From Candidatus Nanoarchaeia archaeon (GTDB lineage: Archaea > Nanobdellota > Nanobdellia > SCGC-AAA011-G17 > VGLX01): a stretch of DNA of 35,831 nt. Location of the stretch: the NCBI GenBank assembly GCA_038884815.1, contig JAWABC010000001.1:1-35831 (forward strand), in the 5' to 3' direction. The translations under genes were made by a program, and so were the position numbers. Shown here one piece after another: positions 7,508-14,974 of this stretch; position 1 is the stretch's first letter; each line of letters begins with the position of its first letter. Below the pieces are notes generated by a model that saw nothing but the letters and a program-made list of their open reading frames with translations, searched no databases and was not told the origin of the DNA.

Positions 7508-7870
7508 TCAAAATGGTGGGTAATCTTTTCTGTATCTCCATTTTGGGAACTCTTTACCTCTGCTCCATTTTTCAACAAGGTCGTAAAGCCTGCTCGTCTT
7601 TTGTTTTTTTCCCTCGTTTATGTTTTTTATCACTTCTATTAGTTTATAATTTGTGTCTTTGTAATCTGCTATTACATGAATCAGATACTCTATTACACCT
7701 TCGTCACCCCATTTGCTTTTGACCTCTTGAAGGTATTCTATACAATGTCTCATCTCTCTGTGGTTCCTTCCCATCTCCTTGTGGTATTCATCCATCCAGA
7801 TATGTAGGTCTTTGTATGTTTTCCCTGTTCTCATTTTACTCATTTTGCAGTGTTCTTCTAAGTTGGGCAT
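7508..7870 (-). CDS. Hypothetical protein (His-rich N-terminal motif; possibly a DUF6915-like family)
   Basis: 120 aa. The N-terminus EEHCKMSKMRTGKTYKDLHIWMDEYHKEMGRNHREMRH resembles a small conserved family often seen in phage or mobile contexts (recalled from memory, low certainty). Confidence 0.55.
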   Translation of the reverse strand: MPNLEEHCKMSKMRTGKTYKDLHIWMDEYHKEMGRNHREMRHCIEYLQEVKSKWGDEGVIEYLIHVIADYKDTNYKLIEVIKNINEGKKQKTSRLYDLVEKWSRGKEFPKWRYRKDYPPF

Positions 7871-7987
7871 TTTTTAGAAATGTTTTTTATGGTTGTTGGA
7901 ATGCTCTCTCCAATATCAATGAGCTTTATTACTCTTTCGCTCAAAAATCCGTAAATCTTTCAGAATAAAAAATAAGAAAATTTGTTC

Positions 7988-10585
7988 TTATTCTATTACC
8001 TTACCCCTCTTTATGTTGATTATTTTTATAGCATCAAATATACCTACTATGCTTAGTGATATTATTACTGCAAAAATCCAGTTCCAGGGCCCTATCGGAG
8101 CGGTGTCAAATATAGTGTTTGCTTTTGTGTATATTATTGCCATCGTGGTAAGTATGGATGTTATTGAAGCTAATACCAACCATTTGTTTGCGAATATTTT
8201 TATTTTGTGCATTGGCTTTCTGAATGACCTGAAGTTAAACGCATTTACTATTTCAAAAAGTATCAGCGTTACTAGTGCAGTCGTTCTTGCAGTGTCAACA
8301 TCATGGTTCAGTATCTTTATTTCATAATAGAATAGTCCTATAACACCTATTGATATTACTGCTGCGGCTATTATCATTAGCATAACAAGTTGTTTGTTTA
8401 TAAGATTAGAGTCTTTTCTCGGTTTTACCTTCATTATGTCATGTGAAGGAGGGTTGAAACCAAGTGTTAATGCGGGTAGGTTGTCAGTCACCAAGTTCAT
8501 GAAAAGGATTTGTAGCGCCAGCAGGGGTAGAGGTAACCCTAATATCACTCCCAAAAGTATTATTAGCAGTTCTGCGTAGTTGCATGATAGTTGGTATGAT
8601 ACGAACTTTCTTATGTTGTTGAATATTGTCCTTCCTTCTTTTATAGCGCTTACTATGGTTGCGAAGTTGTCATCTTTGAGTATCATGTCTGATGTCTCCC
8701 TTGACACATCAGTTCCTGCCTTCCCCATAGCCACCCCTATATGAGCTTCTTTCAGCGCTGGTGCATCGTTAACACCATCGCCTGTCATGGTTACTGTCTC
8801 ACCATTCGCTTTGAGCGCTTTTACTATTCTTATTTTGTGTTCTGGCTTCACTCTTGCGAATATCCCTATATTCCTTATAATTTTTGGCAATTCTTCATCT
8901 GTTATTTTGTCTAAATCATCTCCTGTTAGCACTTCTCCTTTTATTCCAACTTCTTTTGCTATTGCAAGTGCTGTCTGTTTGTTGTCTCCTGTTATCATCT
9001 TTACTTTTATCCCTGCCTTTTTGCATAATGCGACAGCTTCCTTAATCTCTTCTCTTGGCGGGTCGTCTATGGCTACTAACCCAAGAAATGTTAACCCCTT
9101 CTCTATGTTTTCTATGTTTATTTTCTCATTTGATTTTTTATATGCTAATGCCATTACTCTGAATGTTTTCGAGGTTAGTTTTTTGCTTTCTTGTAGTATT
9201 TTTTTTCTTTCTCGTTCTGTCAGTTTGCATTTTTTTAGAAGTATTTCAGGTGCTCCTTTTGTGTATACGTAATATCCTGTTTTTTCTTTGCACAGGACAG
9301 ACATTATTTTCCTCTCAGGTGTGAATGGTATCTCTTCCTTCCTAGTGCATTCAAAATCTTCTTTGAATATGTCTGCTTTTGCTGCCATTATCAGAAGCGC
9401 TGCCTCTGTCGTTGACCCGTTTATGCTGTACTCTTTGTCAGTTCCTTTCCTCTGTATTATTGCATCGTTACACAAAACTGCTGCTTTGTAAAGTAAGTGC
9501 AGGTTCTCTGCTCTTCTTATGTCTATCTTCTTTCCATTGTGCAGCACGTCTCCCTTCGCCTCGTATCCGGCTCCTTGTATATCGAATGTTTTTCCATCCA
9601 AGTAAATCTTTTTGACTGTCATCTCCCCTTTTGTTATTGTTCCTGTTTTGTCGGTGCATATTACTGTTGTTTCTCCCAGCGTCTCTATTATTGACATCCT
9701 GTTCACTATTGCGTTTTTCTTTGCCATCCTGTAGGCGCCTGATGAGAGCGTTGATATGAGCACGACAGGGAACCCTTCTGGGAAAGCAGATACGCACAGT
9801 GCTATCACAACAAGTAAGGTGTCAAACAGGACTGTTTTTGTGACTGGGGTGTTTGTCAGCAGCATTATTGCTCCTGTTATAACCGATATTATAATCGATG
9901 CAATGGTCATCTGTTTTGTTATTTTGTTGAATTTTTTTTGCAATGGCAGTTCTTTTTCTGCTGTTGATATCATCCCTGCTATCTTTCCGAATTCCGTGTT
10001 CATCCCTGTGTGTATTACCTGTGCTGTACATTTGCCCTTGGTGATGTATGTTCCCATATAGATTATGTTGTCTTTGTTGTATTTCCTGATGTCTTTTGCA
10101 GCGCTCTTCTTCACTTCCCTTGATTCTCCTGTCAGCGTTGACTCGTCAACCTCAAGGTCTTTTTCTTCCAGGATGATGCAGTCTGCTGGTATCCTTTCCC
10201 CTGTTCTTAGAAGTATTATGTCCCCAGGCACTATCTCCCTTGATGGCACTTCTGTTTCTTTGCCTTCTCTCATTGCTATAGAGATGGGCATTATCATCTT
10301 TCTTAAGGCTTTTATTGACCTTTCAGCCTTGTACTCCTGCAGAAATCCCACAATTATGACAATCAGTATTACTACTATTATGGTGTATCCTGTTATCGCT
10401 TTGTCAAGTATGAATGATATTACAGTTGCAACTAGAAGCAGGTATATTATGAAGTTTCCTTTTACCTGTCTTAATAGTATTTTTAATGCAGAAATGTGTT
10501 TGAGCTCTCTTATCTCATTGTAGCCGTATTTTTCTAATTTTTTGGCCGCTTCCCTCCTGCTAAGACCAAGCCCTCTTTTTTGCAT
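7988..10585 (-). CDS. P-type cation-transporting ATPase, P2 (Ca2+-ATPase-like) subfamily
   Basis: 865 aa. Motifs: TGES, phosphorylation site CTDKTGTITKG, KGAPE, MITGDN, hinge TGDGVNDAPALKEAHIGVAMG, TM4 PEGFP and TM6 NLVTDNLPALTLG. The TM4 and TM6 motifs resemble SERCA-type PEGLP / NLVTDGLPA. Confidence 0.93.
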   Translation of the reverse strand: MQKRGLGLSRREAAKKLEKYGYNEIRELKHISALKILLRQVKGNFIIYLLLVATVISFILDKAITGYTIIVVILIVIIVGFLQEYKAERSIKALRKMIMPISIAMREGKETEVPSREIVPGDIILLRTGERIPADCIILEEKDLEVDESTLTGESREVKKSAAKDIRKYNKDNIIYMGTYITKGKCTAQVIHTGMNTEFGKIAGMISTAEKELPLQKKFNKITKQMTIASIIISVITGAIMLLTNTPVTKTVLFDTLLVVIALCVSAFPEGFPVVLISTLSSGAYRMAKKNAIVNRMSIIETLGETTVICTDKTGTITKGEMTVKKIYLDGKTFDIQGAGYEAKGDVLHNGKKIDIRRAENLHLLYKAAVLCNDAIIQRKGTDKEYSINGSTTEAALLIMAAKADIFKEDFECTRKEEIPFTPERKIMSVLCKEKTGYYVYTKGAPEILLKKCKLTERERKKILQESKKLTSKTFRVMALAYKKSNEKINIENIEKGLTFLGLVAIDDPPREEIKEAVALCKKAGIKVKMITGDNKQTALAIAKEVGIKGEVLTGDDLDKITDEELPKIIRNIGIFARVKPEHKIRIVKALKANGETVTMTGDGVNDAPALKEAHIGVAMGKAGTDVSRETSDMILKDDNFATIVSAIKEGRTIFNNIRKFVSYQLSCNYAELLIILLGVILGLPLPLLALQILFMNLVTDNLPALTLGFNPPSHDIMKVKPRKDSNLINKQLVMLMIIAAAVISIGVIGLFYYEIKILNHDVDTARTTALVTLILFEIVNAFNFRSFRKPMHKIKIFANKWLVLASITSILTTMAIIYTKANTIFDTAPIGPWNWIFAVIISLSIVGIFDAIKIINIKRGKVIE

Positions 10586-10657
10586 AGTATTGTTTAATTC
10601 TTGTTTTTTATTAAGCTTTTGTTATATCCTCACAAGTATTTGTTTATTTTCTTTTCA

Positions 10658-12901
10658 TTATTTCTTCTTTTTTAGGAACCATGCTGTTATGATTCCTACT
10701 GCTGCTAAGAATGCTAAGAATATTATTACTCCAACAGCTCCGATACCAGTTTTTGTTTGTTGAGTTGGTATTGTTGTAGTTTTTTCTTCTTGTTGTTGGC
10801 TTGGTGTTTCTTGCCCCGGTATTTCTATACCTTCTGTTTTTTCTTTAGGTTCTTTGGTAATTCCTTCATCAACAATCTCTCCTGTGATCCCAACACCACC
10901 ATCTCCATAGCTTGTTGAGTAGAATACCTGGAAGTTTTTGCTCGTGCTTGCTTTATTCCCATTAGAGTTTTCCACCTCACATTTTACTGTGTATGTTCCT
11001 GCTTGGTTTGTATCATCTCCGGTGAAGGTTGCCGTGTCTGTTGTTGTGCTTCCCCCTGTCTTTGTTACTGTTGTTAGGTCTGGCTTTGTCAGCGTCCATG
11101 TCCAACTGCTTGCTACGTTACTCTCACACTTGTATGTTATGCTGTCTCTTATCCCTATTGTTGTATCACTAGGTTCAGTAATTGTTGGTGCGTTTAACGT
11201 TATGGCTCCTACTGTTAGGGTAAAGTTGGAACTGCTAAATGCAGTATTTCCTGCTGTATCATTGCATTCCACATTCCATGTATAAGTGCCATCGCTTAAA
11301 TTAATGCTTGTGAAGTTTGTCTGAACATTATTTGTGTAAGTAACAGACTGATTAGCATGCCATTCTATTAAGCTACTAGTGAAGTATAAAGTGCACGTGT
11401 CAGGATGCAATTCAATAGTTGTAAAACCAAATACTACATCCAATCCGTCAGCATCATCGCTATTGTCAACAGGCTCTAAACTAACAACAGGAGCTATGTC
11501 ATCGTAAGCATAGACATAAGCTTGACCAGAGTCAGTAGCATAAGAGGCCCCTACTGTAACCTCTGTGTACCCATCACCATTAACATCACCATTACAAACA
11601 AAGCTTCCAAAGGTGTCTCCAGCTTGCGTCCCATTAAGGGTTATATTAGAATAAGATGAAGAGTCCACGTTGATGATTGAGTTGTAATCGGCTCCGAAGA
11701 ATATATACACTTGACCAGCACCAGCAAGACCCAAAGGATCGGAATAAACTGATGCTATTATGTCATCATAACCATCATTGTTAACGTCTCCAGAACTGAT
11801 GTAATAACCAAGGTAGTTTTCTTCTGCAGATCCGTTAAATGTAATGTTTGCATATGCTGTAGCCTCGACATCAACTATGGAAGTATAGTTCACTCCAAAA
11901 AATACAAAAATCTGACCAGCTTCATTAAGTTCATTGGCGGTGCCATCAGCATCCACTATTATATCCGCATACCCATCATTGTTTATATCTCCACTAGAGA
12001 TAAATGCACCAAAGTTTCCATCTATTTGTGTTCCATTGAGGGTTATGTTGGAATTGGTTGTATTTGTATATAACATACTGATATCACTACCAAAAAACAC
12101 AAAAACATCGCTCCCAGCATTACTTATTATGTCATCATAATAGTCATTGTTTATATCTCCGCTGCCGATATGATAACCTAATCCATCAGCAATTGCCGTT
12201 CCATTAATTGTTATGTTAGCGTATAATGAAGCATCTTCATTAATAATTGAAGTGTAATTGGCTCCAAAAAATACAAACACTTGGCCGGCATTGGTAAGTC
12301 CTGTAGGGTCTGCTCCATTAGCCCCTACTATAATGTCAGCATAACCGTCCCCATTTATATCGCCACTTTCGACAGAGACACCAAATTGGTCTCCTGCTAG
12401 CGTTCCGTTGATAGTTATGTTGGCAAAGGATACAGCATTTTCGTTAACTGGAGATGTATAGTTTGTTCCAAAAAAAACATACACTCTACCACCATTGTCA
12501 TTTTCTTGCGAATTACCTATGATAATGTCAGAATAGCCATCATTGTTGATATCACCAGTACTGATACCATTACCAATCTGTCCTACAGTCCCGTTAAGGG
12601 TTATGTTAGCATACATAGCATCCGTATCTTGTATACCATTAGGACCTCCAAAAAAGACATACACGATGCCTACATCGGTAACACCTGAAGGATCAGCATA
12701 ATTAGCCCCTATAATAACATCAGCATAACCGTCCCCATTAACATCAGAACTTATGCCAGCACCATTACCGAACATATCACCTGATGCGGTTCCATTAAGT
12801 GTTGCTATTTTCACAGCTCCAGCTGCGATAGCAAAGTTAGAACTAACGATTATTACACTCACAATTAGTATTGTAAATATCAAACTCTTTTTTAATATCA
12901 T
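10658..12901 (-). CDS. FG-GAP repeat (integrin-alpha-like beta-propeller) surface protein with PKD/Ig-like domains and C-terminal membrane anchor
   Basis: 747 aa. It has a signal peptide, seven repeats each carrying a Ca-binding-like D(I/V)N(G/N)DGY(A/D)D loop and a V(F/Y)VFFG strand, then two Ig/PKD-like modules (TYTWNVECNDTAGN..., GTYTVKCEVENSNGN...). These are followed by a T/Q/E/P-rich linker and a terminal TM ending KKKK. Confidence 0.9.
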   Translation of the reverse strand: MILKKSLIFTILIVSVIIVSSNFAIAAGAVKIATLNGTASGDMFGNGAGISSDVNGDGYADVIIGANYADPSGVTDVGIVYVFFGGPNGIQDTDAMYANITLNGTVGQIGNGISTGDINNDGYSDIIIGNSQENDNGGRVYVFFGTNYTSPVNENAVSFANITINGTLAGDQFGVSVESGDINGDGYADIIVGANGADPTGLTNAGQVFVFFGANYTSIINEDASLYANITINGTAIADGLGYHIGSGDINNDYYDDIISNAGSDVFVFFGSDISMLYTNTTNSNITLNGTQIDGNFGAFISSGDINNDGYADIIVDADGTANELNEAGQIFVFFGVNYTSIVDVEATAYANITFNGSAEENYLGYYISSGDVNNDGYDDIIASVYSDPLGLAGAGQVYIFFGADYNSIINVDSSSYSNITLNGTQAGDTFGSFVCNGDVNGDGYTEVTVGASYATDSGQAYVYAYDDIAPVVSLEPVDNSDDADGLDVVFGFTTIELHPDTCTLYFTSSLIEWHANQSVTYTNNVQTNFTSINLSDGTYTWNVECNDTAGNTAFSSSNFTLTVGAITLNAPTITEPSDTTIGIRDSITYKCESNVASSWTWTLTKPDLTTVTKTGGSTTTDTATFTGDDTNQAGTYTVKCEVENSNGNKASTSKNFQVFYSTSYGDGGVGITGEIVDEGITKEPKEKTEGIEIPGQETPSQQQEEKTTTIPTQQTKTGIGAVGVIIFLAFLAAVGIITAWFLKKKK
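11491..12811 (-). repeat. Seven tandem intragenic FG-GAP coding repeats (about 170-210 nt period)
   Basis: The motif CCAAAAAA(T/C)ACA(A/T)A(C/A)A on the + strand (encoding V-F/Y-V-F-F-G) recurs near 12648, 12467, 12260, 12090, 11892 and 11692, with matching DxNxDGY loops. Confidence 0.8.
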
Positions 12902-12951
12902 TTATAGTGCTTTTTATAGTTAAGATAATATTTAAATTTTTTGTTAAAAAG

Positions 12952-12965
12952 ATAAATTAATATAC
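12952..12965 (+). promoter_or_regulatory. TATA-like box for the Cys-rich protein / ACP bicistron
   Basis: ATAAATTAATATAC is centred about 30 nt upstream of ATG 12989. Confidence 0.35.
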
Positions 12966-12988
12966 TACCTCTTTTTTTACCTTGTTTT

Positions 12989-13243
12989 ATGGTCCAGGTT
13001 CCTTGTTGGGATATGAATAAAAAATGTGTGGTGAAGGGTCTTCCTAAAGATGAATCCCATTGTCCTGTTTATTTGTCTGGCAGGTCTTGTTACGAGTTTG
13101 ACTGGGCTGCTTTCATAAAGGACTTGCCTCCTGATGAGAAGAAATATTGGAAGGTTCATCTTGGCAGGTGCAAGAACTGTAATGTCTATAAGGTTTACAG
13201 GAAGGATATGGATAAGGTTTTGTCTGAAGTCAAGAAGTTGTAG
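12989..13243 (+). CDS. Small Cys-rich protein (six Cys; pattern reminiscent of the two-CW domain)
   Basis: 84 aa. The pattern is PCW-x5-C-x11-CP-x7-C(Y)-x26-C-x2-C. The layout CW...C...CP...GRxC(W/Y)...CxxC resembles what I recall of two-CW domain proteins (from memory). It is probably metal or Fe-S binding. Confidence 0.6.
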   Translation: MVQVPCWDMNKKCVVKGLPKDESHCPVYLSGRSCYEFDWAAFIKDLPPDEKKYWKVHLGRCKNCNVYKVYRKDMDKVLSEVKKL

Positions 13244-13255
13244 GGGGTTTTGAAA

Positions 13256-13504
13256 ATGTTGGAGGATGATGTTATAAAGATAATTGCTGATCAGCTGGAT
13301 GTCAAACCCAGCAAGATAAGTTTGGAGTCGAAGTTTGTTGATGACCTTGGTGCTGACAGCCTTGACTTGGTTGAGCTTGTGATGACTTTTGAGGACAACT
13401 ATGGTATTGAGATTAGCGATGAGGATGCTGAGAAGCTTGTATATGTCAAGGATGTTGTTGAGTACATAAGGAACAACGCTCCTGCTTATAAGAAGGTAGC
13501 GTAA
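13256..13504 (+). CDS. acpP: Acyl carrier protein, bacterial AcpP-like
   Basis: 82 aa from ATG 13256 (the track uses TTG 13250). An SD-like GGGGG lies 7 nt upstream. The core [35 protein letters not shown] closely parallels E. coli Acp[36 protein letters not shown]. The phosphopantetheine Ser codon AGC is at 13358-13360. Confidence 0.9.
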   Translation: MLEDDVIKIIADQLDVKPSKISLESKFVDDLGADSLDLVELVMTFEDNYGIEISDEDAEKLVYVKDVVEYIRNNAPAYKKVA

Positions 13505-13505
13505 G

Positions 13506-13515
13506 TTTTATATAA
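13506..13515 (+). promoter_or_regulatory. TATA-like box for proS
   Basis: TTTTATATAA is centred about 28 nt upstream of ATG 13538, implying proS has its own (leaderless) transcript. Confidence 0.45.
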
Positions 13516-13537
13516 CTCGTTTCTTTGAATTCTTTTT

Positions 13538-14974
13538 ATGTCCAAAGAGCTTGGATTAACGGTCAGGAAGTCTGAAGATATAAGTGAGTGGTACACGCAG
13601 GTTATTCAGAAGGCTGACCTGATTGAGTACAGCGCTGTTTCCGGCTGTTACATTCTTAAGCCTGGTGCTTATTTTATTTGGGAGCAGATACAGGGCTTTG
13701 TTGATAAGGAGTTTAAGAAGGTTGGCATACAGAATGTTTATTTCCCTCTTTTTATCCCTGAGAAGTTTTTGGTTAAGGAGCAGGAGCACGTTGAGGGTTT
13801 TGCTCCTGAAGTTGCCTGGGTTACAGAAGCTGGCAACACAAAATTGGATGAAAGGCTTGCTATTCGCCCGACTTCTGAAACTATAATGTATCCTACTTTT
13901 TCAAAAATGATTAGGTCCTGGCGTGACCTTCCTTTGCGCTATAACCAGTGGAACAACGTTGTTCGTTGGGAGTTCAAGCACCCTGTTCCTTTTTTGAGGT
14001 CTCGTGAGTTTTTGTGGAATGAGGGCCATACTGTTTTTGCAACGGAAAAGGAGGCGTTGGCTGAAGAGAAGGAAATTCTTGGGATTTACAAGAAGGTTAA
14101 TGAAGAACTGTTGGCACTTCCAGGGATCATAGGAAGAAAGACTGATAAGGAGAAGTTTGCCGGTGCTGTTTTTACTTCAAGTATTGAGCACTTATTGCCT
14201 GATGGTAAGGCTGTCCAGGGTCCTGACTTTCATCATGACGGGCAGAATTTTGCAAAGGCTTTTAACATAACTTTTTTGGATGCTAACAAGGAGAAGCAGT
14301 TTGCTTACCAGAACACTTGGGCCATAACAACAAGGCAGATTGGTGTTATGGTGATGGTTCATGGTGATGATAAAGGTTTAGTCCTTCCACCAAAACTTGC
14401 CTCAACTCAAGTTGTTATAGTTCCCATTTTTGATGCTAAAACAAAGGATAAGGTTTTGAAGGAAGCTAAAAATGTAGAGTCTAAAATAAAAAACAATTTT
14501 AGGGTTTTGCTTGATGATCGTGATGAGGTCTCTCCTGGTTGGAAGTTTAACGAGTGGGAGTTGAAAGGTGTGCCTATAAGGGTTGAGATAGGTCCGAAGG
14601 ATATTGCAAAGAAGCAGGTTATTGTTGTGAGGCGTGATACTTTAAAGAAAGAGCCTGTCAAGCTTACTAAGCTTCCTGAAAAAATTAGTAGCTTGATGGT
14701 TGAAATTCATAAGAATTTGTTCAGTAAGGCTTCTGACTTCTTGAAGAAGAACACGCATAAGGTTAAGTCTTATTCGGAATTAAAGGAGATGCTTAAGAAA
14801 GGTGGTTTCTTGCAGGCTTGTTGGTGTGGTGACCGTGCTTGCGAGGATAAGGTTAAGGATGAAACAGGTGCTAAGATTACCAATATTCCTTTTGAGCAGG
14901 GAAGAATATTTTCTGATTGTGTTGCTTGTGGCAAGAAAGCCAAGTTCGTTGTCAACTTTGCCAAAACTTATTAG
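13538..14974 (+). CDS. proS: Prolyl-tRNA synthetase, archaeal/eukaryotic type
   Basis: 478 aa. It shows the class II aaRS core plus an anticodon-binding domain and a C-terminal Zn-binding domain (CWCGDRACE...CVACGKKA), with an N-terminus (ISEWYTQVIQKADLIEY) typical of archaeal ProRS. Confidence 0.95.
   Translation: MSKELGLTVRKSEDISEWYTQVIQKADLIEYSAVSGCYILKPGAYFIWEQIQGFVDKEFKKVGIQNVYFPLFIPEKFLVKEQEHVEGFAPEVAWVTEAGNTKLDERLAIRPTSETIMYPTFSKMIRSWRDLPLRYNQWNNVVRWEFKHPVPFLRSREFLWNEGHTVFATEKEALAEEKEILGIYKKVNEELLALPGIIGRKTDKEKFAGAVFTSSIEHLLPDGKAVQGPDFHHDGQNFAKAFNITFLDANKEKQFAYQNTWAITTRQIGVMVMVHGDDKGLVLPPKLASTQVVIVPIFDAKTKDKVLKEAKNVESKIKNNFRVLLDDRDEVSPGWKFNEWELKGVPIRVEIGPKDIAKKQVIVVRRDTLKKEPVKLTKLPEKISSLMVEIHKNLFSKASDFLKKNTHKVKSYSELKEMLKKGGFLQACWCGDRACEDKVKDETGAKITNIPFEQGRIFSDCVACGKKAKFVVNFAKTY

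Noticed and set aside
8013-10523. Numerous + strand and alternative-frame - strand ORFs within the P-type ATPase gene (e.g. 8787-9272, 9468-9797, 10065-10523).
   Set aside because: They are nested in an 865-aa gene with every P-type ATPase motif intact. There is no independent start signal or recognisable motif.
13256-14974. A functional coupling of ACP with ProRS, meaning an aaRS-like enzyme that aminoacylates a carrier protein.
   Set aside because: The ProRS is a full-length housekeeping-type enzyme with anticodon-binding and C-terminal Zn domains and its own well-spaced TATA-like box. The known carrier-loading enzymes are truncated aaRS homologues. The adjacency is probably incidental.
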